A DNA stretch of 61,729 bases from the IMG/VR virus record IMGVR_UViG_3300029821_000004, positions 1-61,729 of that record. One strand, given 5' to 3'. This document shows, in pieces, positions 49,116 to 57,504 of this stretch; positions within the stretch are counted from its first letter, which is position 1; each line of letters opens with the position of its first letter. The notes beneath the pieces were generated by a model. It was not told where the DNA came from. It searched no databases and was given only the letters and a program-made list of their open reading frames with translations. This DNA comes from a virus. Position numbers and translations under genes: made by a program.

Positions 49116-49463
49116 TTATTTTGATTTTAATTGTTTAAATTTCTTAGGCTTACTAAACATTCCAGTTCTAAATTTTACAATAGCCTCATTGAGACAACTT
49201 ATTGTTTCTTTTTGATTATTAATAGTTTGTTCCATTTTTAATATTTTTTCCTTTAAAGCACTATTTGCCTCTTCAATTTTTTTAATATGTCTCTCCATGC
49301 CACTCAGGTCTTTCATTTGGAAGTGCGTCAAATGCCATTTATTGCATTCTTCACATAAATATGCTCTAATTGGTTTGACATATCTCTTAGATGTTTTCCT
49401 GAGTATCTCAATATAATCCAATGCATACTGCTCATTTATAAAAGAAACTTTCTTACACTCCAT
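49116..49463 (-). CDS. Hypothetical protein (N-terminal CxxC, C-terminal coiled coil)
   Basis: 115-aa ORF. Confidence 0.45.
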   Translation of the reverse strand: MECKKVSFINEQYALDYIEILRKTSKRYVKPIRAYLCEECNKWHLTHFQMKDLSGMERHIKKIEEANSALKEKILKMEQTINNQKETISCLNEAIVKFRTGMFSKPKKFKQLKSK

Positions 49464-49510
49464 AATTATTAGATGTTATATGGAGGGTTTTTAAGCCCTC
49501 CATAAATTAA

Positions 49511-49801
49511 TTACAAACGTTCAAATGTTTGACCACTTTCAGTCATAATAAAATATGACCTCTGCGTGAGCTCTGTGTCTGCCTCAATAAAGTATTTTTT
49601 ACCGTTGCTGCCACAAATAATAGATTCAATTTCCTCTTTTTTAAAGTCTGGAAACTCTCTGTCTATCATATCGTCAAACTCCGATGTGCGACCCTTTGCC
49701 AATCTTGTGTAGGCATCTCCAAGTTCGAAGTTTTCTATCACCTGCTCAAATGGAGCATTTTTTGTTTTTCTGTCCTCTTGGACAATTCTCAGAATAAACA
49801 T
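49511..49801 (-). CDS. Hypothetical protein
   Basis: 96-aa ORF. Confidence 0.45.
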   Translation of the reverse strand: MFILRIVQEDRKTKNAPFEQVIENFELGDAYTRLAKGRTSEFDDMIDREFPDFKKEEIESIICGSNGKKYFIEADTELTQRSYFIMTESGQTFERL

Positions 49802-49866
49802 ATATTCATGTATTTATATATTTTGGCTACTCTGTTAAAGGTTTTCGCCATCCCCTCGCTTTAATA

Positions 49867-50391
49867 CTATTGTTTTAATTGTTTAATCATTTCATTAGCT
49901 GCTTCGATACATTCCTCTGTAATTCGTACTACCTCATCCCAATTTCTCAAAGGAGTAATGTGTTGGGCTATTATTGCAGCCATAAACTCCTTCGCAAGTT
50001 CATATTTGCGTTGCTCCCAATCAATTTCAGTTGAGAGGTTTTGAGGTGACAATGTAGATGCCTTAAGATGCGGATAGTCCCTTTCTATATGCTCGTCTGA
50101 AATCATTTCAATCCCTGCTTTCATAGGTTTGGTTTCAACTCTGACTTCTGATGTAACAGAATAATCTTGCCCTGTTGCAGTATCTACCCCAATAAACACC
50201 TTTTCGCACCAATCGGGGTGGAAGCAATAGCAATTTGATTCAACACATTCTAACATTCCATCAGTAGTTACATTACTAATAGTTAATATATTGCCATTAT
50301 ATATGTCCATTTGTTTCTCCCAAATAGGAAATTGAGATAAATCTTTTGGCTTGTGGACTATAATTTTATCCCCTGCTTTGAATTTTTCCAT
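49867..50391 (-). CDS. Hypothetical protein
   Basis: 174-aa ORF. Confidence 0.5.
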   Translation of the reverse strand: MEKFKAGDKIIVHKPKDLSQFPIWEKQMDIYNGNILTISNVTTDGMLECVESNCYCFHPDWCEKVFIGVDTATGQDYSVTSEVRVETKPMKAGIEMISDEHIERDYPHLKASTLSPQNLSTEIDWEQRKYELAKEFMAAIIAQHITPLRNWDEVVRITEECIEAANEMIKQLKQ

Positions 50392-50396
50392 AATAT

Positions 50397-51098
50397 TTAA
50401 TATTTAACTGCTGATTCTCTTGCTATAAAAAAATGTATCCCTGCTGAACATTCATTAAATCTATTTTCGTCAAAATCTTTTACCTCTATTGTTTCGCCTA
50501 TTGTGTACGTAAAACTATTGTCGTGGCTGGATAAAACTGTTTTAACATCTGCTTTTGTGCCATCGCAATTTTCAATAGCTAAAACAGTAGCTTTTGAGCA
50601 TCTACATTTGAGGGTGGTAGCACTTGACCTTTTCGCATCCTCGCAAACAAGTAATTTTACTATATAACCACTTGCTTTTTTCCAAGCAATAAAACTTCCT
50701 TCCGCTGGGCATTGAGATAATAAAAAACCCGTATCCTCATTGTGGTTAGCACCGCTTAGGTTAGCACCGCTTAGGTTAGCACCGCATAGGTTAGCACCGC
50801 ATAGGTAAGCATCGCTTAGGTAAGCACCGCTTAGGTTAGCATCGCATAGGTTAGCACCGCTTAGGTTAGCACCGCTTAGGTTAGCACCGCATAGGTTAGC
50901 ACCGCATAGGTAAGCATCGCTTAGGTAAGCACCGCTTAGGTTAGCATCGCATAGGTAAGCACCGCATAGGTAAGCATCGCTTAGGTTAGCACCGCTTTTA
51001 ATTGCCTCCAATACTGTTTCTTTAATCGTGTTATTTTCGCTTTCGTAGGAAAATAAAACACTCCCATAGATACTTTTGATTTCTATTTTTGTTTTCAT
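50397..51098 (-). CDS. Pentapeptide-repeat protein with a conserved C-terminal domain
   Basis: About 17 consecutive A(N/Y)L(S/C)(G/D) pentads. The C-terminal domain ends ...CSAGIHFFIARESAVKY. Confidence 0.85.
   Translation of the reverse strand: MKTKIEIKSIYGSVLFSYESENNTIKETVLEAIKSGANLSDAYLCGAYLCDANLSGAYLSDAYLCGANLCGANLSGANLSGANLCDANLSGAYLSDAYLCGANLCGANLSGANLSGANHNEDTGFLLSQCPAEGSFIAWKKASGYIVKLLVCEDAKRSSATTLKCRCSKATVLAIENCDGTKADVKTVLSSHDNSFTYTIGETIEVKDFDENRFNECSAGIHFFIARESAVKY
50745..50995 (-). repeat. 15-bp tandem coding repeats (about 17 units) with a 105-bp higher-order duplication
   Basis: ttagcaccgcttagg-type units read directly. Pentads 4-10 repeat as pentads 11-17. Confidence 0.9.
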
Positions 51099-51100
51099 AA

Positions 51101-51613
51101 TTACGATTTTCTAAATTGTTCATACTGTTCTATTGATTCAAAGGGGATGGCGTTATTGTAAGGTAATCTTTCATTTGTATAGTATCCATCCTCTATAATT
51201 TCTAAAACTGCTATGATTGCTTCTTTGTGCAAATCATCCCAAAATATCGCCAATTCCCCAACTTTCAACTCCCTATAATCTTCAAGGGTTTTAGTATCGG
51301 GATTCCAAACCTTGCCGTTCTCTTTTAGCTTGGTGTGTAAAAGGGCGATTTCTTCGGGGGTGGCGGGGCGAAGGTTTTTAATTTGGTAGGGATAACAAAC
51401 TACTTTTGTGCTTGTTGTAATATCTTCAAACTCTAATCCATAATCTACATATTTACTGGTTAGATAAAAACCATCCCTATAAATATATAAATAACTACTA
51501 TCCGTGTTAGTGCATACAAACCATATCTCCCCCTCTTTCGGGGTTGGTTGTTCTTTCTTTTCGTACTCTATGCCATCTATGGTTATAAAGTTTTCGTTGA
51601 TTTCTATTTTCAT
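51101..51613 (-). CDS. Hypothetical protein
   Basis: 170-aa ORF. Confidence 0.5.
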   Translation of the reverse strand: MKIEINENFITIDGIEYEKKEQPTPKEGEIWFVCTNTDSSYLYIYRDGFYLTSKYVDYGLEFEDITTSTKVVCYPYQIKNLRPATPEEIALLHTKLKENGKVWNPDTKTLEDYRELKVGELAIFWDDLHKEAIIAVLEIIEDGYYTNERLPYNNAIPFESIEQYEQFRKS

Positions 51614-51705
51614 TGTCTATTCTGTTTATCTTGTTCTACATAAGTTGCTACTAAATACATCCCTGCTAAAACTGCAATGATGCCAATAAATTGAATCGGG
51701 TTCAT
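51610..51705 (-). CDS. 31-aa single-TM microprotein (not in ORF track)
   Basis: MNPIQFIGIIAVLAGMYLVATYVEQDKQNRQ. There are ATGA overlaps at both ends, with the glucosaminidase gene upstream and the 170-aa ORF downstream. Confidence 0.5.
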   Translation of the reverse strand: MNPIQFIGIIAVLAGMYLVATYVEQDKQNRQ

Positions 51706-52229
51706 AGCTGCAGAGATTTTTTGTAAGTCGTTTTAATAATTCTCAACTTCTTTTCATAATCTGTATCTTCGGCATAAATCTGATTGAGTCTTGAAAAGTA
51801 TTCATCCTCCGTAAGTCCTCTCATAAAAGCTGATTGGTATAAAGCGTAATCTATAAGGCAATCTCTCCAAGAGTTAAATACTGCGTGTCCTCGGTTTATT
51901 CCTATCGCAAGAGTCGGTCTTCTTTCCGGGATCTTCATTCCGAATAAATTATTATTCTCCCTAAAGACTACTGAATTAAAGTTGCCACTCTCAATTATCG
52001 CCTGAGAATAGACTATGTAGGGGTGTTCCATTCTCAGGTTAAAAATCTTAGTCAGCAAAGAGTCTTGAAACGAAAGAGTGTCTTTAATCGTCAAGAGTTC
52101 TCTCTTAGGTAAATCTTTTGAGTCCGAGTTAAAAAATGTGATAGCATACACAAGAATAACCACACAAGAGACTGCAAAAACGATTTGCTTAACTAAGTTG
52201 CTTTTTGGGTTTTTTGATTTTCTTTTCAT
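51702..52229 (-). CDS. Peptidoglycan hydrolase, glucosaminidase (FlgJ/LytD-like) domain with an N-terminal signal-anchor
   Basis: QAIIESGNFNS..FRENNNLFGMK...AVFNSWRDCLIDYALYQ follows a TM (IVFAVSCVVILVYAITFF). The start is ambiguous (52229 or 52304), and either choice overlaps the upstream ORF. Confidence 0.65.
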   Translation of the reverse strand: MKRKSKNPKSNLVKQIVFAVSCVVILVYAITFFNSDSKDLPKRELLTIKDTLSFQDSLLTKIFNLRMEHPYIVYSQAIIESGNFNSVVFRENNNLFGMKIPERRPTLAIGINRGHAVFNSWRDCLIDYALYQSAFMRGLTEDEYFSRLNQIYAEDTDYEKKLRIIKTTYKKSLQL

Positions 52230-52605
52230 ATTTTTTGGTTGTTTTAAATTTTCTTTTAATCTTCTCTCTCTTGCCGGAAATAATATACCCATCGTCTTTT
52301 TCAATAATGATATAATTCTTCCGGGCTTTCTCTACTCCGAGTTCGTACTTACCCCTTGAACAAGCAAATACGCTTCGGGCAATCTCTCGGGTTAAAACAT
52401 TCTCTTTCATAAACTTTATAAACTCTCTGGTAGGTATGCCTCTTGTCTGTTGTCCTTCTCCTTCATATCTGGAACAACCCTCTTTGGCAAGATCGCACCA
52501 AGAAGTAAGCTTATCCTCTACTCTTTCCTTATGGGTGCAGTAGCTTAACTTGTCGCAATTCTCACAAGAAGCAGTTATATCTTTTGGGTAGTTGGTGTAT
52601 AGCAT
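52189..52605 (-). CDS. Hypothetical protein (Cys-rich N-terminus, Lys-rich tail)
   Basis: 138-aa ORF. Confidence 0.45.
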   Translation of the reverse strand: MLYTNYPKDITASCENCDKLSYCTHKERVEDKLTSWCDLAKEGCSRYEGEGQQTRGIPTREFIKFMKENVLTREIARSVFACSRGKYELGVEKARKNYIIIEKDDGYIISGKREKIKRKFKTTKKYEKKIKKPKKQLS

Positions 52606-52608
52606 GGT

Positions 52609-53265
52609 TTAAAGTATTTTCGTTTTACCCTCTTTTTTGCATTGTTCAAAAAACGCATTTAAAGGGGTGTTATTTGATTTAAGACCTTCCCTGACAAGGA
52701 AACTATCACGATTGTCATTAACTTTGGAAATAAAGCTATCAAAAGGGGCTTTTTTGGGGGCGTAGGCACTCACTCCATTTCTTGACAACCGTAAATACTC
52801 CGAATAAGCAGAATTTATCCCATCAATCATTATTTGTCTTTGTTCGGTTAAGGTGAGTTCGCAAGAAGCGGTTAATTGTTTTGCCTCATTATCGGAACGC
52901 AAAGAGTTATATGCTTGTTCTCTGGTGTCGCTTTCAATGTAACACAATAGCCATTTGTAAAAAGTCTGGTAGTTCATCCCGAAAGTCTTTACATCAAGTT
53001 TCCCTTTAATCCCGGATAATAGGCAATAGTCAATTTCCGGTACTCTTAGCCCTTTGAAAATTGGCTCTCTTTGTAGGTCGTCTATAAGTTGAGATGAAAT
53101 AATACTCATCTCCTGCTCTAATTGTTGGGGCTGAAAAGTCTTTGCCACTCCTGAGAGTGTGTAAACTTTCAAAAGAGAACCCGTCAAAGAGAGGGTTAAT
53201 ATGTCCCGGGGAGTCTCGCTTACTTTAGGAGAGAGTAAGAGTCTCTTGATTTCCATTACTTGCAT
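52609..53265 (-). CDS. Hypothetical protein (replication-module position); start uncertain
   Basis: 218-aa ORF downstream of the DUF1376 gene, overlapping it by 41 nt. Confidence 0.45.
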   Translation of the reverse strand: MQVMEIKRLLLSPKVSETPRDILTLSLTGSLLKVYTLSGVAKTFQPQQLEQEMSIISSQLIDDLQREPIFKGLRVPEIDYCLLSGIKGKLDVKTFGMNYQTFYKWLLCYIESDTREQAYNSLRSDNEAKQLTASCELTLTEQRQIMIDGINSAYSEYLRLSRNGVSAYAPKKAPFDSFISKVNDNRDSFLVREGLKSNNTPLNAFFEQCKKEGKTKIL

Positions 53266-54052
53266 TTTCCAATCTGTTTTTCGTGTTTAGTAAAATTTGC
53301 TGCATATCCTCTATTGAGGTTCCTTTTTGAGTTGGTTGGTCTGCCTTGTAAACTTTGTTGAAATTTATCGAGTTGGTCAAGGTTGCTTTCCAATCAATCG
53401 TTTTAGATTTTTCTTTTTTCTTGTGTTTCCATCCGGCTTCTTTTCCCCAGAAATTTGTGTAGGCTTTTTTGAGAGAAAGTTGAATATCCACTTTAGGGTA
53501 AAATTCCTGCTGTTGTAAAATAAATTCTTGATCGTTGAGTAGCGAATAATAAACCTGATCCAATTCTTGTTTATAAACCTGAAAATCCTCTCGCCAAGAT
53601 TTAGGAGTTTCCTCTCCCATACCCTCTCCTAATACATCAATAATAGGTACTATAATTTCATTTCTATTTTCATTTTCCATATGGGAGGTCATATGACCAT
53701 CCATATGACCTACTTTTTTTTGAGGTTTACTACTCTCTTTTTTCCCTTTTTCTGAGTGTTGGTTTATTCCAGAAATGTTATTGCGCCTACTTTCTGTGTA
53801 CTTTTTTCGCTTTATTATCTCCTGTTCAAAACGAACATTATACCATAAGCCGTTTTCATCCTGAACGAACTTGTCTTGTATTTTATCCCAAAGTTGACCT
53901 ACTGTTTGACCTATCATATGACCTCCCATATGACCTCGGTTAAACTGCAGCACAAGCAGCTCCATATAGGCTCCTTTTTCTTCAAAAGTCATCCCCATAG
54001 TTCCGCCTATGTAGTCATTAGGGTAGAAAAGTATTGCAGGATCTTTACTCAT
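53225..54052 (-). CDS. DUF1376 (YdaU-like) replication-associated protein
   Basis: The N-terminus reads DPAILFYPNDYIGGTMGMTFEEKGAYMELLVLQFNRG. The gene contains GHM-encoding iterons. Confidence 0.65.
   Translation of the reverse strand: MSKDPAILFYPNDYIGGTMGMTFEEKGAYMELLVLQFNRGHMGGHMIGQTVGQLWDKIQDKFVQDENGLWYNVRFEQEIIKRKKYTESRRNNISGINQHSEKGKKESSKPQKKVGHMDGHMTSHMENENRNEIIVPIIDVLGEGMGEETPKSWREDFQVYKQELDQVYYSLLNDQEFILQQQEFYPKVDIQLSLKKAYTNFWGKEAGWKHKKKEKSKTIDWKATLTNSINFNKVYKADQPTQKGTSIEDMQQILLNTKNRLENASNGNQETLTLS
53678..53710. repeat. Iteron cluster 1: CATATG x3 at 12-bp phasing including the palindrome GGTCATATGACC (53687-53698)
   Basis: Read directly: catatgggaggtcatatgaccatccatatgacc. Confidence 0.7.
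53894..53936. repeat. Iteron cluster 2: (T/A)TGACCT x4 at exact 12-bp phasing
   Basis: TGACC at 53895, 53907, 53919 and 53931. The second pair extends to CATATGACCT. Confidence 0.7.
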
Positions 54053-54054
54053 AA

Positions 54055-54330
54055 TTATAAATTTGTCTGTATGGTTTTATGCTCCCCTATAATCTCTTCT
54101 ATTTTACCTCTCCATTTGTCAGATGTAGAAAATAAATTACAAGCAGCAGTATCTTTTGCAGATGCTATATTTTTACGCTTACAATACTTTTTGCCCTCGT
54201 AAAATACACAAGTATAACAGCACTTTATCAGCTCTATTTTAACCTTACTCATTATATCAGACCGAGAGGCTTTCTTATTATTGAGTGCCTCTAATTGAGC
54301 CTTGCGTAGATGTACATTTATGTAGTCCAT
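54055..54330 (-). CDS. Hypothetical protein
   Basis: 91-aa ORF. Confidence 0.45.
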   Translation of the reverse strand: MDYINVHLRKAQLEALNNKKASRSDIMSKVKIELIKCCYTCVFYEGKKYCKRKNIASAKDTAACNLFSTSDKWRGKIEEIIGEHKTIQTNL

Positions 54331-54333
54331 AAC

Positions 54334-54735
54334 TTAAAAAGGTAAATCTTCTGTTTCTTCTCCCGAATTATCAATAACGACTTGCTTAGGCTCTATTGTT
54401 CCTTCGTTTCTCTTCTTCACCTCTCCAAGAAGCTCAATCTTTTCAGCATAAACCTTTGTAGTGCCTCTTTTCGCTCCTATGCTATCAGTCCACTCCTCGT
54501 GCCTTATTTCGCCAACAACAGCAATCTTATCCCCTTTCTCTACAAACATCTCTACCACTTCGGCAAGTTTGCCATTTACTACTACATTGTGCCACTCGGT
54601 TCTCTCTTGTCTTTCACCCTCTTTGTTTCGCCAGAAAGTTGTAGTTGCAACAGAAAAGGTCGCTTGTTTCCCGTTTGAAAAAGTCTTTATTTCGGGGGTT
54701 TTACCAACCCTTCCGATTAAAAATAGTGTGTTCAT
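54334..54735 (-). CDS. ssb: Single-stranded DNA-binding protein
   Basis: OB-fold pattern NTLFLIGRVGKTPE...TEWHNVVV...KGDKIAVVGEI and an acidic C-terminal tip EETEDLPF. Confidence 0.85.
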   Translation of the reverse strand: MNTLFLIGRVGKTPEIKTFSNGKQATFSVATTTFWRNKEGERQERTEWHNVVVNGKLAEVVEMFVEKGDKIAVVGEIRHEEWTDSIGAKRGTTKVYAEKIELLGEVKKRNEGTIEPKQVVIDNSGEETEDLPF

Positions 54736-54739
54736 AGTT

Positions 54740-55120
54740 TTACAAATATTTCATTTCTTCTTTTGCTTTACTTATCAAAGTCCTGCACCAATCTAATTGT
54801 CTTGTTGCGGTCTTATGTAGTCTATCAGTCCAAGTAACTAAAGACTGTTCTTTTGCAGAGATTGAATCTACAAGGGCGTTTTGCACCTTTGCGGATAGCA
54901 TTGCTTCTTTAACTACTCTTTCAATTATCTTCCCCACCTCAGAGGCTTTGGAAAGGTTATAATGTAGTTCAGCATCTTTCATTAAAAGTCCTGTTCTGGC
55001 CAAGTAAACTGACAACTGATTGCCTCTTTCAGCTATTGCGTTTACATCGTCAGGAATAGGCTCTTCTAAAAAGTCCTGTACTGCTTGGCATTCAAGCTCT
55101 ATGTCGTGGAGGGAGGTCAT
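54740..55120 (-). CDS. Hypothetical protein
   Basis: 126-aa helical ORF. Confidence 0.5.
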   Translation of the reverse strand: MTSLHDIELECQAVQDFLEEPIPDDVNAIAERGNQLSVYLARTGLLMKDAELHYNLSKASEVGKIIERVVKEAMLSAKVQNALVDSISAKEQSLVTWTDRLHKTATRQLDWCRTLISKAKEEMKYL

Positions 55121-55121
55121 A

Positions 55122-55880
55122 TTAAAATATTGTTAATTGTTTTGTATACTCATTAAATCGTTTTACACTTGCCTCAAAATGGTTTATGTCTTTTTCAAAT
55201 GCCATAAATGGAATATTTGCCTTATCTGCTACAATTCTATGACTTCCGCTTCCAAGGTGAGTGTCCAAAATACCCCCCCCCGTATAATACCGAGCAATCA
55301 AAAACTCATACAAGGCAATAGGTTTTTGAGTAGGATGTATTTTTTTCTCCGAGTTAATACCTCCTGTGTTTGAGTAACGGAATAGTGCTGCAGGTTTATC
55401 AAATGAAGTCCAAGCCATCTCAAATTGTGAGAAATTTTCCCAAGGCTGACATTTGTCCCATACTACAAGGCAGCGACTCGGTGGAAGCGGATAATAATTA
55501 CCTCCCCAAATAATTCTATTAACACTAACCTTAGAGAGTAGGTCAAAATACTCAGGAGGTGGAATTTCGCAATCCCATTCGCAATCCATCGTGTTTAATA
55601 CTCTATTTTTTAACTTGCCAGAACCAGAGTTTAACCTTCCTTTTTTAATCTTAACTGCGGTACTCTCTCCCGAATATTGATTTTTCCCTTTTCTATTTGG
55701 AGCCGAACCCATTTGCATTTGGGGAGCATTAATACCATAAGGCGGATCTACAATAGCCAATGAAAAGTATTTATCAGGAATTTGAGGCAAAGCATCCATA
55801 CAATCCATAAGATAAACAACAGATTTAACTCCGTTCTTATTGGTGTATTCGTGCTTGTCTTTATAGCCTTGTATTTCCAT
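55122..55880 (-). CDS. DNA methyltransferase (N6-adenine/N4-cytosine, beta class)
   Basis: The DPPY catalytic motif (AIVDPPYG) precedes the SAM-binding ILDTHLGSGSH. No cognate endonuclease was recognised. Confidence 0.8.
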   Translation of the reverse strand: MEIQGYKDKHEYTNKNGVKSVVYLMDCMDALPQIPDKYFSLAIVDPPYGINAPQMQMGSAPNRKGKNQYSGESTAVKIKKGRLNSGSGKLKNRVLNTMDCEWDCEIPPPEYFDLLSKVSVNRIIWGGNYYPLPPSRCLVVWDKCQPWENFSQFEMAWTSFDKPAALFRYSNTGGINSEKKIHPTQKPIALYEFLIARYYTGGGILDTHLGSGSHRIVADKANIPFMAFEKDINHFEASVKRFNEYTKQLTIF

Positions 55881-56617
55881 CAGTACGGCATTTCATCAAT
55901 ATTTATCTTCAATCCTCTATTGGCTACATAAACCACTTTCCCCGTTGCTTCCTCAATCTCTTTCTTAAATAGATTAGCGTTTGAATTTTCGCTTGAAAGG
56001 TGTAAGAGAATGATATTATTCACTTGGGTTAAATCGTGGTTTAAAACGAGCCTTTTTGTTGTTTCTAACTCCATATGAGAGTAGAGTAGTCTCTTACGCA
56101 TTACGGAGTTTACTCTCCCACTTTGGATATTTGCTTCTAAGATTTTGTCAGAGTAGTTTGCTTCAACCATTATCGTACTTAGGTTGTCAAACTTATATTC
56201 ACAAGTAAAGGTGTCAGTCAGAAAAAGAATGTTTCCTGTTTCGGGATGAGAGATTAAGAACCCCACACAAGGTACATCGTGAGCCACTTCAAAAACATAA
56301 ACTCGGAAATTCCCTAACTTATATCCTTTTCCTGCGGTTATAGGTTTGCCTCTGTGGTGTCCTTTTAATTCCCTAAACTCTAAAACAGATTCTAAAGCCA
56401 TTACAACTATACCTGAGTTGGCAAAATCTTTTACATACTTAGAATGGTCTCCGTGCTTATGAGTAACTAAACATCCTACCACCTTGCTTAAATCGTAGTC
56501 AAGAGCCTTTTTAACAGAAGCAAAGTTTATCCCTGCCTCTATTATTAGGGTTTCGGAATTGTTTGAAAGGAGGTAGCAATTCCCGACTGAGCTTGATGAT
56601 AGGATGTGTAGTTGCAT
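55880..56617 (-). CDS. Metallo-beta-lactamase-fold hydrolase (probable recombination exonuclease)
   Basis: HxHxDH motif VTHKHGDHSKY. It sits adjacent to RecT. Confidence 0.7.
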   Translation of the reverse strand: MQLHILSSSSVGNCYLLSNNSETLIIEAGINFASVKKALDYDLSKVVGCLVTHKHGDHSKYVKDFANSGIVVMALESVLEFRELKGHHRGKPITAGKGYKLGNFRVYVFEVAHDVPCVGFLISHPETGNILFLTDTFTCEYKFDNLSTIMVEANYSDKILEANIQSGRVNSVMRKRLLYSHMELETTKRLVLNHDLTQVNNIILLHLSSENSNANLFKKEIEEATGKVVYVANRGLKINIDEMPY

Positions 56618-56618
56618 A

Positions 56619-57503
56619 TTAATATCCGGGATCTTCTTCTGGTTTAACTTCTTTTTCCTCTACCTCTTCGTAGCTTATGCTTTCTGCGGAGATAGTTTTA
56701 GAAGCGGTCTTTTCAAGTTCTTCCTTACGAGTTTCCTCGTAGTCGTAGTCCTTATCTTCAACAATAGCTTGTTCCATCTCAATAGAGAGGTGGCCGTATT
56801 TTGAGATAAGGTTCCGGGAAACAGTTTTAAGAGCCATTGCAGTAAAACTTCCTTCCCAACCTACCTTTCCTGTTTCGGGAGAGTTAGCAAGAGCGATAAG
56901 AGTTTCTACTGTAACCTTAGTGTTGTTCTTTAAGGTCGGCACGAATTTCTTTGCGTGTTTGGCAATCTGCTCAACTGTCATATACAGAGTTTTTGAGAAC
57001 CCGTTTAAGAGTTCAAAATGGCAGAAATAGCCAATTATCTTATCCGAAGTTGCCTCTCCGTCAAAATGGATTACTCCGGTAAGTTTGTCCTTTTTCCCAA
57101 TCTCCCCCTCATAAACCACATCGGCATTTAAGTAACGATATTGTCCGGTTCTCATTGCAAGTTGAATAAGGCCTTTATATCCTATTGTGAAAGTAGGAGT
57201 AGGGACTTTTACCCAAGAGCCATCGGGTTGTTTAATTGAATTATTATAAGGAACGATATAGGCAAACCCCAAAGATTTATTAATTGGGAGTTTGAGAACG
57301 GCAGCTTTAAGAGCTTCCATTACTACGGCCTTAGGCTCACAAGCCTGTAACCCCGAATCAGAGTTATAGAGGTCGATAATAGAAGCTACAAAGGGGCCGG
57401 AGTTCTTGTCGAGAGCGTTTTTAAACTGCTCCTGAACGCTTGGTGCGTTGATCATACTTTTCAGAACATCCACTTTGGATTTCTGTGCTAATTGAGTGCT
57501 CAT
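56619..57503 (-). CDS. recT: RecT-family single-strand annealing protein
   Basis: ALKAAVLKLPINKSLGFAYIVPY...TIGYKGLIQLAMRTGQY matches the RecT pattern. Confidence 0.75.
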   Translation of the reverse strand: MSTQLAQKSKVDVLKSMINAPSVQEQFKNALDKNSGPFVASIIDLYNSDSGLQACEPKAVVMEALKAAVLKLPINKSLGFAYIVPYNNSIKQPDGSWVKVPTPTFTIGYKGLIQLAMRTGQYRYLNADVVYEGEIGKKDKLTGVIHFDGEATSDKIIGYFCHFELLNGFSKTLYMTVEQIAKHAKKFVPTLKNNTKVTVETLIALANSPETGKVGWEGSFTAMALKTVSRNLISKYGHLSIEMEQAIVEDKDYDYEETRKEELEKTASKTISAESISYEEVEEKEVKPEEDPGY

Positions 57504-57504
57504 A

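Noticed and set aside
50745-50995. CRISPR-like array of short direct repeats
   Set aside because: The units are 15 bp, contiguous with no spacers, and lie in frame inside a pentapeptide-repeat ORF. The 21-bp array at 39460-39837 is likewise a coding heptad repeat.
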